Under the pieces are notes generated by a model. That model was not told where the DNA came from, did no database searches, and was given only the letters and a program-made list of their open reading frames with translations. A stretch of DNA of 63,486 nucleotides, filler included, from Octopus bimaculoides (Eukaryota): the NCBI RefSeq assembly GCF_001194135.2. It is 5 parts of 5 records of this genome, joined end to end, with 100 filler letters (N's around TTAATTAATTAA, not from the genome) between each part and the next. Parts side by side here need not be neighbours in the genome. Positions count along the whole stretch, not along the records: positions 1 to 25,951 come from NC_068983.1; 4 more parts are not named here. One strand, 5' to 3'. The position numbers were made by a program, and so were the translations under genes. Shown here one piece after another: positions 1-14,145 of the stretch; position 1 is the first letter of the stretch; every line of letters begins with the position of its first letter.

Positions 1-61
1 CATGTGTGTATGCCGATACATATATACATATATATATGCATGTATACGTATACATATACAT

Positions 62-135
<74 letters not shown>

Positions 136-157
136 ATGTATATGCTCATGCTTATAC

Positions 158-188
<31 letters not shown>

Positions 189-768
189 TGTAGTATGCAG
201 GAATGGAAAGAGAAATAAGGAAAGATATGGCGAGAGAGAGCAATTTCAACTGTGACGATTGTTTTTGAGATGCTACATCTCGAAAGTACCCTTGGGACCA
301 ATATAAAATGAAGCATGCAATATAATATATTACAAATGTATAGCTTCTTTATTGAGTATCTATATAGTTATGGCAACAACTTCATCAGGGGATTTTCCTT
401 CAACAGAATTCCAAATGCAGTCAACATTGCGATTGTTTCCGAATGTTTAATCACTACAGAACACCTACTTAGTTTAAGGCATGAGTCAACATTTCCCTTA
501 GCAAAAATATTAACAGTTTCCTAAGCTGCGCAGTGTTAATGCGTATTAACTGAATTCCCAAATTGAATATACTTGAACGAATATGTTATTAACATTCCAA
601 AATATTCGACGATATTATTCGAAGCTTCTTCACTATACCTAACACATGGAACAATTTCACCAGTAAGTAGTACTGGGAAAGTTGACAGAATCTAAAAAGT
701 AGTAAAAACAAAACAAAAAAAATCAGTTCGATTACTTATAGATATATTCTGAAGCAAATCAATTTTCC

Positions 769-855
<87 letters not shown>

Positions 856-862
856 CTATCTA

Positions 863-905
<43 letters not shown>

Positions 906-1198
906 CTCCACCACTCCTTTTCTCCCTCTTTCTATCTCTCTCAAGAGTAATTTCAAAGTAACATCAACTGATGAGGCATGGAAGTAGAAAATTAAGATGA
1001 AAATGTATGTGGTGGGGGCGGAATTTGTGGGTGTGTGCGTGTGTGTGTATGTGTGTAGTGCGTGTATATGCGTGTGCACACACCCTTATACACACATAGG
1101 GTTGAAACACAGATACTATGAGACAGAATGTGATAGATGTGCATTTATATCCGAGTGTACATTTGCATCAGAGCACAAAGACAGACAGACAGACACAT

Positions 1199-1260
<62 letters not shown>

Positions 1261-1270
1261 NNNNNNNNNN

Positions 1271-1308
<38 letters not shown>

Positions 1309-2869
1309 CGTGCGCGCGTACACATACATACACACGCGCACGCATGTATTGTAAAACTAAGAAAGGAATAATTAAAAACTCAATGAACGCAACTTACTAC
1401 GCCCTGTAGTGAGACCACTAGCACATACACTAGCACATAGTAATGTAGAATTATTCAAGTTATAATAGGTGTACTCAAACCTGATATGATTTCTAATTAC
1501 ATTCTTCTTAAGACGAAATCCGGTATCAAATCCTAGCACTGACGATGTTCTCTTTAGAATAATCAACCACATATATGCTAAGTGAAAAAAGCAGAAAAAC
1601 AGTTGGTCGATTAACTGAATAATCATCCCCGATATGGACGGAGACCCCTTTACTTTATGCATATATGTATATGCATGAAGTTCTAATCTAAGAAGAGAAT
1701 CGATGTGAGACGTATCACAAGAAAATATGGACAAAGTTATTTTTAGGAGCATCGGTATGCATGTTGACTGGTTTTCAGAAATAGTAAAGTGGTTTAGTTG
1801 TTTTACAGGCGTTGGTTTTATAGGGTTATCCCTTCGTTATGGATTTATGCCTCAAAATAAGGTATGTTCTTTAGTTTAGTTCTTTATATTCTTTTAGCCA
1901 TCAGTATTAATGGCATGCTGCAACATCGCCTTATTACGCGTGTGTGAAATCTAAAAGATGTCCAATATGACATTTAAAAGATAATTGATTCGGTTTATTT
2001 TTATCATTACTACGACTGAGAGAAAGAGTCTTCAAATATTTTGCTTTATTTTAATAATGTTGATTTCTTTTTTCTTTTATATCTGTTTTATCATCTAAAT
2101 ATATTTCGTTCGTTGAATATGTTGTGTTATTTTCGACTACAAGTGACGTTTATTTAGTTTTGTTGGTTTTAGTTTCTAATTTGAAAGTTTATTAGCTGAA
2201 ACGACTTCAATTTTGTTTTTAGTATGTAGGCATGGCCATGTGATATTTTCTTTTTCCCATGGAACGGTTCTTTGTGTCACATGGGCGCGACTCCAAGTTC
2301 GACTGAACTGAGTAGCAACTTGAGCAGCAATCTACAACTGCCTCAAGTACACTAAAGCATTCTGAGTTGAATTTCGTACATATAAGCTGTGCAAAAAGTG
2401 TATCTCACACATAATATATACATACCTAAATAATGCACTAATGTACACATACAGATGATTGCTGCAATGTAAATTGCAGACAAAGCATTTTAAAAAATAC
2501 TGTTGCTTATGGGAAGGGTTTGGGGGGGGGGGTGACTGTATGTAACTATGAAGTAATACCAACTGAGAAATATTTTGAAATCATTGTTTCAGGTTTGCAT
2601 GTCATTTCTAATACACTTTAGGCAAATCAGAAACGTAGGTATTTCAAACTATCACTATTTGTTTTGGTTTCATTAATACAACGAATACGACCTGATTCCA
2701 GTAGAAACTACTTGGCCTGAAATCCACTAATGCAGATACTTCGAGATTTGATGTAGTACGTCATATCTGACTCGAATCTAAACTTCTGGTGCCGTGCAGC
2801 GCTCCTTAGCATAAACACGATGTGGTAAGAAACTGAATGAGACCTGACGTGTGTGCGTGGATATATATA

Positions 2870-2994
2870 GAGAGAGAGAGGGGGAGGGGGAAAGAGAGAG
2901 AGGGGGAAAGAGAGAGAGGGGGAAAGAGAGAGAGGGGGAAAGAGAGAGAGGGGAAAAGAGAGAGAGGGGGAAGAGAGAGAGGGGGAAAGAGAGA
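2870..2994 (+). repeat. Purine-only ~16-bp tandem repeat (GGGGGAAAGAGAGAGA)n
   Basis: About 7 imperfect units read directly from the sequence. Confidence 0.85.
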
Positions 2995-3462
2995 GATACA
3001 ATAGAAAAGGTTCAAATCAGGCAGACATATACATATAGGGGTTCAATTTGGATAAAATAAGAATTATCAATCTGAAACATATATTCTTACATTACAAATA
3101 TAAAAATATAGAAATGTAAAAATATACGAATACTAAAAATATACATGGACATATAAGATATATAGATATGTAAACATAATAATAGATATATAGATAAAAA
3201 TAATGAAATATCGAAAACAAAAGATGTTTATATATTTCATTATTTTTATCTATTTTCTATTATCCTTTTTTCATATATATATATATATATATATATGTCC
3301 ATGTATATTTTTAGTATTCATATGTTTTTGTCACTATATTTTTTATATTTCTAATATATCAATATATGTTTCAAATTGGACAATTCGTATTTTGTCTTAA
3401 TTAAACCATTATGTGTATGTGTTAATCGTAGTCTGCCTGATTTGAACCTTTTCTATTGTGTC
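2995..3462. repeat. Long imperfect palindrome (foldback element)
   Basis: 2995-3026 is the reverse complement of 3431-3462 (1 mismatch in 32). Inner arms near 3127-3155 and 3292-3320 also pair, and the innermost pair tagataaaaataatgaaatat/atatttcattatttttatcta surrounds a ~20-nt loop. Confidence 0.8.
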
Positions 3463-3550
3463 TGTTATACTTGCTTAATACCTCAGGTTCGACTTGAGTA
3501 TTTCTACGCTATGTTTTTCGAAAGAAAATTATAATTATATATATATATAT

Positions 3551-3752
3551 ATATATTAGAAAAAATAATAAGGTACTCAGATATCTGGATGGTTGTACAT
3601 TTACAGATTTTTATTGATATGTCGCATGTTTTATAAATATTAGCGCTTGCACTTATTCTTGTCGGGTTTTGTAATATGTGACGTATTCATAAAAATCTAT
3701 AAATGTAAAACCATCCAGATATCTGAGTACCTTATTATTTTTTCTAATATAT
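3551..3752. mobile_element. TA-flanked MITE-like foldback with ~75-bp terminal inverted repeats
   Basis: atatattagaaaaaataataaggtactcagatatctggatggtt... occurs at the left end and its reverse complement at the right end, around a ~50-nt core. Confidence 0.85.
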
Positions 3753-4035
3753 GATTCCTGTACATCACCTTCCAAACGCCTAGTTTAGAAGAGAGGCAGC
3801 TGAAGAAGGAAAAATTCCATAGGTGGCTCGTCTGTTTTCCTATGTGTTCGTTCTGTTGTCTATGAACAAAGTTAGTTTTTGTGCTTTATGTTCCCGTTCA
3901 TTTTTCTGACGTTCTGTACCTGGATATGCATCTATATATACATGTAGATGTAGGTATGTACATATATGTATGTATACATGCGTATGCTCATATATTATTT
4001 GTATTATTATATATATATGTATATATATATAAATT

Positions 4036-4522
4036 CTTTATTCTTTTATTTGTTTCAGTCATTTGACTGCGGCCATGCTGGAGCAGCGCCTGTAGTCGAG
4101 CAAATCGAGCCCAGGAATTATTCTTTGTAAGTCTAGTACTTATTCTATCGGATCTCTTTTGACGAACTGCTAAATTACGGGGACGTAAACATACAGGCAT
4201 CGGTTGTCAAGCGATGTTGGGGGAACAAACACAGACACACAAACATATACACACACATACTTATATATATATATATATATATATATNNNNNNNNNNACAT
4301 ACATACATACATACATACATACATACATACATACATACATGCATACATACATACGACGGGCTTCTTTCAGTTTCCGTCTACCAAATCCACACACAAGGCT
4401 TTGGTCGGCCCGAAGCTATAGTAGATGATACTTACCCAAGACACATGCCCAAGGTGCCACGCAGTGGGACTGAACCCGGAACCATGTTATTGGGAAGCAA
4501 GCTTCTTGTCACGCAGCCATTC
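4036..4522 (-). mobile_element. Composite tRNA-derived SINE with an internal microsatellite
   Basis: A tRNA-like head (minus strand, ~4522-4440) and body, then a CA/TA/TACA microsatellite with a gap (~4245-4333), then the tail block tcatttgactgcggccatgctggagc... Other copies or halves lie at ~23615-23818, 30395-30480, 41975-42112, 43430-43797, 45805-45910 and 59815-60260. Confidence 0.8.
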
Positions 4523-5263
4523 ATATATATTTATTTATTTATGTGTTTCAGCCAAGTGGCTGCGATTCTACTTTTATTTGTTTGAAGTCTTCCACTAAGG
4601 ATAGTGGTAGTGTCTAACGAAAACACAAAGCTCCATCGGTGGAATGTATATAACAAAAGCATTTTGAAGTTGAGAATACACTTTTACATTATGTAATATA
4701 TACATATATAAGTGTTTTATAACAAATATTATGTGTAATAAATATATATAATAAATAATGATATATAATGTTATATAATAAATAAACATGTATATAAAAC
4801 TTATATATACTATTGATATAATATATGCAAGCGGTACTTGCCTGTGGTGTGTATGTAGTCTTTCACCTTTCAAGCAAATTATAAGTACATACATGCATGC
4901 ATATATTCATATGTATTTATAAATGCATAGAAGTATTGCTAAGAATATATACACAAACACACATACACACACCATGTATTCTTCATAGTCCTGAATCTTC
5001 TTCCTTCTAAATTTGTTCGGATCGTTGGTTCATTCATCATTGCAAAGACATGATAAATTGGTTGGCGTACACGGAGTGTCTTTTAGAATTTGACTGTCTA
5101 AATTTTCTCGATTTGGTTGGTTTTCTCATGCACGATACCGATTTTCACTGGAGGCTTCTTGTTAGCTTAAATAGCTAGTTGTGAAGGAAGCACACATACA
5201 AAAGAGAAATAATATAATTCGTCTTCTTCACATTCATATAACAGAAACATCATTCAGGGACAA

Positions 5264-5321
<58 letters not shown>

Positions 5322-5325
<4 letters not shown>

Positions 5326-5634
5326 CAGCGAAACGGGCTGATTACTACCTAGATCAGATTCCAGGAAACCCCAAAATGGCTGAAGTTCAAAAAATAGTGC
5401 TCATGGGAACTGCCCATATCCTACGTAAAATACTGTCTATGTGATCTCAAATTTTAAAGCAAACACATAATTTTCTTATGGTTTCTTAAACATTCACTTG
5501 AACAAAACTGTACAAATACAAATATATGGTACCCTAGGCATAACACCTACATGAACTTCTAACTTGTTGTCTCTTGAGGTCTCTGGGTGAGACTTGGATC
5601 CAACTTGTACAAATGCAAAACAAAAGTCAAACAT
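5322..5634 (+). mobile_element. 5'-truncated R4/Dong-like RLE non-LTR retrotransposon (ORF C-terminus plus 3' UTR) inside (TAA)n
   Basis: Encodes MTAKRADYYLDQIPGNPKMAEVQKIVLMGTAHILRKILSM*, the typical R4-clade C-terminus, followed by a ~190-nt UTR. (TAA)n lies on both sides. About 10 substitutions in ~310 nt versus the 7276 copy by manual count. Confidence 0.85.
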
Positions 5635-5880
<246 letters not shown>

Positions 5881-5883
5881 CCA

Positions 5884-7218
5884 AAAAGATTGTCTGGCCA
5901 TCTGATAATTGGATATTATAAGAGTTATAAGTATCTAGGCGTATTAGGATCTGACAGAATACTAATTAAAGAAATGCAAATGAAAATTGAAAAGTATATC
6001 AGAAGGGGCAAGAAGCTGATGAAATCAAAGCTAAATGGTCGGAATCTAGTGAAGGCTATAAATACTTGAGCAGTATTTTTACATAGATACTCAGCAGCTT
6101 TTGTAGATTTGACAAAAACTAAATTAGCATTGATAGACAGAAGAACTGGGAAAGAATTCAATATGAATGGAGGATTCCACCCAAGCCAGGACTAACGAGA
6201 TTATACTTACCTAGAAAGGAAGGTGGAAGAAGGCTAATATCAGTAAAAGACTAGGTGGAGTTAGATAGAATGGTTATAGACTCTTGTGTAGGTAATAGTG
6301 AAGAAAGTTTATTAAAAGCTGTTAGAGTCACAGCAAAACATAGGGAGACCAAAAAACCAAACGAAGTTGAAAATGAGAGAAAAAAAACAGAAATTAGTTG
6401 ACTAGCAGGAGAAGGCTTTGCATAGTAGGTTCCCAAAGATAGTTGCAGCAAATAGCAATAGTGAGACATGGATATGGTTTCAGAAAGGAAGGCTGAAAAG
6501 TGAGACAAAAAGTTTGTTAGTAGCAGCATACGATCAAACATTAAGGAGTAATTGGATAAAAGCCAAGACAGGAAAAAAACAAGTAGATTACCAACGTAGG
6601 TTATGCAACCAAAAGAGAAAAGCGTTATTCATATAGTAAATGAATGTAGCATGCTGGCACAGAAAGAATACAAGACACGACAATCTAGGGAGAGTAATCC
6701 ACTGAGAGTTATGTAGTATATGAACATACTGATAAATGGTATGAATATGAACCTAGTAAAGTACTAGAAAGTAATAAATTTAAGCTGTTGTTGGATTTTA
6801 ACATTCAGACTGGCCGAGTAATAGAAGCTAGAAGGCCTGATATAGCGGTAGTCGACAAAGAGCATAGAAAATGCCAGATAATTGACTTTACAATCTCAAA
6901 TGATAAAAAAATTAATATGAGAGGTATAGAAAAAAATGGCAAAGTACCAGGACCTGACCATTAAATTACAGAGACTATGGTAAGTGCGGGTAAAATGTAT
7001 CCTAGTAGTTATAGATGCATTACGAACTGTCCCTAAAGATTTGAACAGAGGAATAGAGGAAATAAGTATAAAACACAGTTTAGTACAACTCCAGTTTAAT
7101 ACAGGAAACAGTGTTAATAGGGACAGCTAGGACACTTAGGATGGTTCTTGGCATCTAAGGTTACTTGTTGTAGCTCTATGCTAGGAATTTTTCTTCCAAC
7201 AGTCTAATTTGTTGTGTG

Positions 7219-7220
<2 letters not shown>
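5884..7220 (+). mobile_element. Decayed R4/Dong-like retrotransposon: RT C-terminus, CCHC finger, RLE endonuclease and (TAA)n tail
   Basis: Across stops and frameshifts it reads YKYLGV..., KSKLNGRNLVKAINT, MNGGFHP..RLYLPRKEGG, RLCNQK..IHIVNECSMLAQKEYK, DFNIQT..VIEARRPDIAVVDK and KYQDL. It ends in ...gtgtataataataat. Confidence 0.85.
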
Positions 7221-7275
<55 letters not shown>

Positions 7276-7278
<3 letters not shown>

Positions 7279-7773
7279 CATGCCTCCTCATTGATATGAC
7301 TAAATCATGCCTCCTCATTGATATGACTGTCTCAATCGATATAAACGTATCTGTCAAGACCTACCAAAAACTGAGCAAATATAAAGATCTTGAAATAGAA
7401 ATTAGCAAAATGTGGAATCTGAAGACGAAAACAATACCTATTGTCATAAGTGCCCTGGGAATGACAGCGAAACGGGCTGATTACTACCTAGCTCAGATAC
7501 CAGGAAACCCCAGAATGGCTGAAGTTCAAAAGATAGTGCTCATGGGAACTGCCCATATCCTACGTAAAATACTGTCTATGTGATCTCAAATTTTGAAACA
7601 AACACATAATTTTCTTATGGTTTCTTAAACATTCACTAGAACAAAACTGTACAAATCCAAATATATGGTACCCTAGGCATAACACCTACATGAACTTCTA
7701 ACTTGTTGTCTCTTGAGGTCTCTGGGTGAGACTTGGATCCAACTTGTACAGATGGAAAACAAAAGTCAAACAT
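7276..7773 (+). mobile_element. 5'-truncated R4/Dong-like retrotransposon inside (TAA)n
   Basis: ORF 7296-7583 reads CLLIDMTVSIDINVSVKTYQKLSKYKDLEIEISKMWNLKTKTIPIVISALG...GTAHILRKILSM. It shares the 3' UTR of the 5322 copy and has TAA repeats on both flanks. Confidence 0.88.
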
Positions 7774-7999
7774 AATAAAATAATAATAATAATCTTTTTT
7801 TATTATAGCCACCATGCCTGAAATTTGGGGGTGTGAGTGGTTAGTTGATTACATTGACCCCAGAGTTCAAACTACTTATGTCATCGACCCCGAAAGGATG
7901 AAAACAAGGTCGATCTCGGTGACATTTGAACTCAGAACGCAGAGACAGATGAAATGCTGTTTACCGTTTTGTTCGGCGCACTAACGATTGGCATACACT

Positions 8000-8450
8000 G
8001 GTCAAAATGCCGCACATACAATCTCCCCTAAAAAATAATTGCTGGGAATACAAACCACCACAAGTTGCTCAGAATGCTGAAGTTACCGTTGGATTGTCAG
8101 AGGTTAGATGATCGGGAAGTGCAGGCTAACAGACTACTTATCATTGTAAAAAGTTAATTTTGAAAAAATATATCTTTTGACTGATGTTGCAGCACTAGCT
8201 GAAAAAAAAAGCACATCCAAGTAAACGCTTGAGAAACTGAGCAAATATAAAGACTTGAAGAAAGAAATCAGAGGATTTTGCTATTCAAAGCAACATTATC
8301 TATAGATATTGGAGCACTTGGAATGATATCAAATGGTGCAAACAAATATGTAGACCAATATCCTGGCAACCCCAAAATAAGTAAATTGCAAAAGATCATA
8401 CTTAAGGGGTATCTCACGTATTTTCGTAAATTCCTCTCTATGCAAATGCA
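8000..8450 (+). mobile_element. Old, diverged R4/Dong-like RLE fragment
   Basis: EYKPPQVAQNAEV, LEKLSKYKDL, IDIGALGMISNGANKYVDQYPGNPKISKLQKIIL, all frameshifted. Confidence 0.65.
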
Positions 8451-8870
8451 ATCGTATTCATTCAAGTCTCATTATAAATTTTACAAAGATATAAAGATAT
8501 TTATATATATATATATNNNNNNNNNNNNNNNNNNNNNNNNNNNNNNNNNNNNNNNNNNNNNNNNNNNNNNNNNNNNNNNNNNNNNNNNNNNNNNNNNNNN
8601 NNNNNNNNNNNNNNNNNNNNNNNNNNNNNNNNNNNNNNNNNNNNNNNNNNNNNNNNNNNNNNNNNNNNNNNNNNNNNNNNNNNNNNNNNNNNNNNNNNNN
8701 NNNNNNNNNNNNNNNNNNNNNNNNNNNNNNNNNNNNNNNNNNNNNNNNNNNNNNNNNNNNNNNNNNNNNNNNNNNNNNNNNNNNNNNNNNNNNNNNNNNN
8801 NNNNNNNNNNNNNNNNNNNNNNNNNNNNNNNNAGAAGAAGAAGAAGAAGAAGAAGAAGAAGAAGAAGAAG

Positions 8871-8931
<61 letters not shown>

Positions 8932-8932
8932 T

Positions 8933-8979
<47 letters not shown>

Positions 8980-8989
8980 TGTAGTAGTT

Positions 8990-9034
<45 letters not shown>

Positions 9035-12000
9035 AAAGGCGGTTTCACTTACAAAGCCACCTGCATAAAAAGTGCTAGAATCTGTCTTACAGTTTCATTC
9101 ATCTTTGAATGCAAGATATTTATTTTTTCAAATCTGTGTAACACGACCATGTTCAGTGGTCGATATACTTTACGAAAAACAAACAAAAAAATTCGCAAAT
9201 GCGTGTCTTGGTCTGGCACTCATTATATCGAAGATGGAGTTTGTCGAGTAACGTGGGGTTTAAGGAGTTATTCCCTTTAAAGATATTTAAACCACTGAAA
9301 ATTACTGAAACACATACACATAGATAAATATATGTGAGTGTATACACATATGCACTTACACACACAATAGATTTTAATCAGTATGAAATTTTATTATCAA
9401 GCAACGTATTTAGTACAAGGAAAAAGTAACGTGTAGTGGGACCGAACTTCTAACCAAATCATTGCAAACAAAATTCCTAACTATGTAACAGTACCTATGT
9501 ATATGTGAAAAGTATAAATTCATTTTCCTGCTTTTGACCGTTCAAGATACGCGTCCGTGAGTGTATACGTAGTCATGTTACGCGCGCGTGCAGTGTGTGT
9601 GTGTGTATACTTATATCAATGTTTACATTCTGCGCTGAACGGAACTTGTTGACATTACTCTGTCAACAATCGTCCCATAGATATGTGGTTTGGAAGATGA
9701 GTGGAAAGAAAATTCCTTTACTTCAAATATACTTACATATATGTGTACATACGTAAGCGTAAAATATCATTAGTAAAGATACTTTGAATTCCTGTATTAT
9801 TTATTTTCTTCAACATATAATCGACGGAAACTTTTCTAAAGACCACACGTATGTCTTCCATTAAAGACAGGGACGGCCATAGTATTAGATATCTTTCTAT
9901 CATGAAGAAATCTAATTGAAAGTCTCTCAATGTGATACATATCCATAATAATATAAAAATGTATGATATAAATTATATATATATATATATATATNNNNNN
10001 NNNNNNNNNNNNNNNNGATGAGCATGTTCAATAAATTTCAGCATTATAGCCGGAGAAAATTTGAAAAATAAAATGTCTGAGAGTAAATATATTAAAATAA
10101 ATTATTATTAATAAAATTAAAGAACAGTTTTTATTTCTAAACCAGTAGTTTATTTCCTTTTCTTCTATCCTAAATCCATTTTAACGCTCTCTTTGGTTTT
10201 CTCGGGAGAATTGTTGGTGTTAAAAACGAATGAATACGTCTGCGTCAACCTACTTCTCACTGCTAGGATTGCATCATCTATTTCTTCTACTGATCATTGA
10301 GAAAATACACTTAACTTATTGAATCTGCAGAGAATTTTTCTCCCTTTAGTAGTTTTTACATTAAGAAAATTTCTCGAATATTAGATAGCATAATGGGAAT
10401 TCATTTCTAATCTTTTCCAGCAGAATGGTGGATAATTTAACTCCATATTAAAATTATATTTTCTATACATGAAGACAAAATTTCTAAAAAAAAAATTAAA
10501 TTATTCGTTTTAATTTATTAAAGATTTAAACGATTTTTATTAAATATTTTCCCTAAAGATTAAAAATATTGTTAATTTACAGCACATTTCCATCGAATAT
10601 TTTTTCTAAAACAGTTGTATATATTTTCACATAAAATTTACAGAAAGGAACATGCCAGGCGTGCTGTGGAGTGACTGTTCATGAGTAGTATCCAAATATT
10701 AAAATCCACAGTCTGACCAATCTACCGATCAATTCTTCAGAACATAACTTAGGGGAAATCCTTTTCAATTGATTATGGAAAGTATTTTTACTTTTATTAA
10801 TTTCAGTGTTTGCTTTCGAATAATCCTAATTGTCACATATGAAGAAAAAGCTCTGAGACAATTCCTGAAGCAAATGCTATAAAATATTCTATGAATATAT
10901 TAGAAACTAGTTGTAGATAACTGGCTTTGCTTGTGTGAGTAATAAAATTGTAAATGAATATAAACCCAATCCATTGTATAATATCTTAACTGTGGATGGT
11001 TCATGACGGATATATAAATTTTAGATGACAAAAATCAAAATGCAATGTGTTATGCTGCTTATCGAAGTTAGTAGAAAAATATAAAAGACTGAAGTGATAA
11101 TAAATATTATGGAGATGACTTCAAACGAAATATAATATTGCGACAATGCTTATTTTATGTAAATAATCTTTTATTGATAAATCACACTACGCTAGCGATA
11201 AATAGGTACAAGCAGCATTAGTTAGCTCACTTCTATTCGTTTCACTACTGGATGGTATAGTATTAGATTTATATTACTGTCGTCGTCGTCGTTGTTGTTC
11301 TTACTGGTGGCGGTGGTAGTGGTGGTTATTGTTTTGTGGTGGTGGTATTTATCGCCAGGTTAACTGTGAACGAACCTATGATCAGAGATTTTCCAGCTAT
11401 TATCATTAGTTTTCTATTTTATTTAGACACAGTGTATTTAGGACTACATCATTTCATCTGACCTTCGTATCTTGAAGACATTAGCCTGATATATGAAAGA
11501 GGTGCAGGTCTAGTGATTAAATTAAATACCACCTCATTGGCCTGATTAGAAATTATATTACCGACACCAGATAATTGTTATGAAGTATGCTGCTGTTGTC
11601 ATTGTTGCTGTTGCTTTTGTAAGGTTAACATCTGCACCAGCATTTATGTTGGGAAACGTTGTGATCCGACTACTTTACGGTGACTGTCTCCTTTCTGGAT
11701 GTGTTGACCTGTTTCCAATGTCTGAAGCAAATTTCAGTAGAATCGTAATGAGAAGTTGTAACTATTAATTAAAAAAAATACTTCCAAAACAGACATAGAA
11801 GAAACTCAAAAGGAGATACGAGTAGATGGATGTATCTGATTTTATATTTATTGTTCTTTGTGCTTTATGCTCGGTACAGTTATTGTTTCGATTGATGCTC
11901 AAATACGAAAATCTCATGACAACTGGATTACCCATTCATAAGAATGGAATATAAATATATGGAGTAAATCATCCGATACATTGACGTATAAAAGATTAAA

Positions 12001-13954
12001 ATAATCTCACTTCACGGACGAAAAGCTACATACGAGCGCCCAGCAAGCGTATTGTCTTTAGAAGTGAAGAGTTCGTAACGATTCATCAATACAGATAGAA
12101 AGAAATGACAACTTATTCCTTCTAACTTTGTGGTAACAATTTCACATGATACATATTGTATGGATTGTTATTATCCTTGTCTTTGTTAGCGTTGATCCAG
12201 TTAACCTTTGTTCTAGTTCTGACTATCCAGTTTTTTCCCCACGTATAGGATTCCTAGGACTATATTATCAAATGACTTCCTTTTGATAGAAAGTAAGCGT
12301 CATTTGAGAGCTAAATACATCACGATAAAAATGCTACCTCCTTTACTCTCTATATTTTATGGTATTTGTACGTCAACAAAATGTAAACCATATATGTGAA
12401 CTATTTCTTCTTGTCTGAGTATGTTTCACCACTTTTGAATCATATTTTGTGTATAGAATTTGAAAAACAGGAAAATGTGCATATCGAAATTATGTGCACG
12501 AGTATTTATGTTTAGACCAGTCTTAAAGCTGGCACTCATTTTGTGTCCATCTTTGTCCAGTAACTTAGCAGTTGAACAATAAAGTTGGATAAAATAAGTA
12601 CCACAATGAAATAAGTACTGAGCTGATCTAATTAATTTCAACCTTTGAAGGCTGAACTCCGCAATGGGCACCGATCAATGAGTGAAACTAATAAAATAAT
12701 AAAAGACTCAAAGAGAAAGTCTGTAGTGATATCACTGAAATGTAGTGCCAACAGAAAATTGGATGGCTGTTGATTCTTTGTGAAGTAAGATTTGTTTCAG
12801 GTTATAACAAATTCGACACACATCATGGGTGTCGATAGAACTGAAGAATATTGCTCTTCAAAATTACTTCTTTAGTATCGCAGCATATTATGAAAGTGAA
12901 GATGAGCAAATGGAGAGAATATTGAAAAAGAATTACAGTTTGACTGGTCACATCAAACAGTGTTTTGTATCTTCAGGAAGCAGTTCACAACCAAACAACT
13001 ACCAAGAATGTTATCATTTAATATCATAAGCAACAACTCAACTCTTGAGCCAATGGAAGGACTACTAGGAGATTGCTCCATTTACTAAAAATAAAAGCTA
13101 CCTCATCCTCAAATCACACACTATCGTTTTAAAAATAGGAAGGACACATAGGAATCATAGTACAAAATATACTATACCTGAAATAAGAGCAGACGGTCAT
13201 GGCTGCAAAGACATGAAGCACAGGACCGCTGGATCAAATTGACTCGAGGTAAACACTACTCTTAGGATTAAAAGACTAGATATGTTTTAGCAGGGTCTCA
13301 CATATGTTCAACAGCAAATATATAGTCTGAAGTTATGTACTTATTTTATTTATGATATATTTGTTTATGATTATACAGTTATCTACATACATATTCCAAG
13401 AAACATAAACACAGAAACCTATAAAATCGAATCATAAATAATCACATATATCAGCATTTCCATCTTGCCTCACATAACATTTCAAACTGTAGCCTTATTT
13501 TCATTACCCCTTGCAGATTTGAAATTAAATATTCAAACATTTTATGGAATTGCGATGAATATTTATACTTAAAATCTATTTATTCCTAATTTATGAATCT
13601 TCTGAATTACGGGATTTACAACATTGATTTATTTACGTTTCTCTTTTTCAATAAATATTCATATTTAACACGTTAGCAATCATATTTTATCAATCTTATN
13701 NNNNNNNNNTATATATATATATATATATATATAAATTATAATTCACATATCTCAATTATCAATGTAAGCACACAGACACACATGTTCATATATACAGGGT
13801 CCGGTGAATAAGCTATCGTCTAAATTACGCAAAACTGAAAGTAACATGACATCAGATTTTAACAGATATATTTACCAAGATTACAGAAAAGAAAGCATTT
13901 TCATTCGACGCTCCAACTATTCTACTAATCTACAACAGTTATTTCTAATACAGC

Positions 13955-14145
13955 CATACAGACGCCGGGCGAAATGCTTCACTACATTTCGTCCAGGCTT
14001 ACGTTCTGAGTTCAAATTCTGCCCAGGCCGGCTTTGCCTTTCATCATTTCGAGGTCGATAAAATAAAAAGTAGTTGAGCACTGGGGTCAATGTAATCGAC
14101 TTAGCCCCTTCCCCGAACATGCTGGCCTTGTACCAAATTTTAACG
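13955..14145 (+). mobile_element. Second tRNA-like SINE family
   Basis: Core ...acgttctgagttcaaattc..ctttgcctttcatc.tttcg.ggtcgataaa...ctggggtc.atgtaatcgact. Other copies lie at ~7810-7992 (-), 16935-17137 (-), 34612-34828 (+), 51505-51735 (-), 62605-62750 (+) and 62830-62990 (-). Confidence 0.8.

Noticed and set aside
12829-13029. Short non-repetitive ORFs (also 1372, 38642, 42536, 44758)
   Set aside because: No recognisable motif and no matched pair of splice sites.
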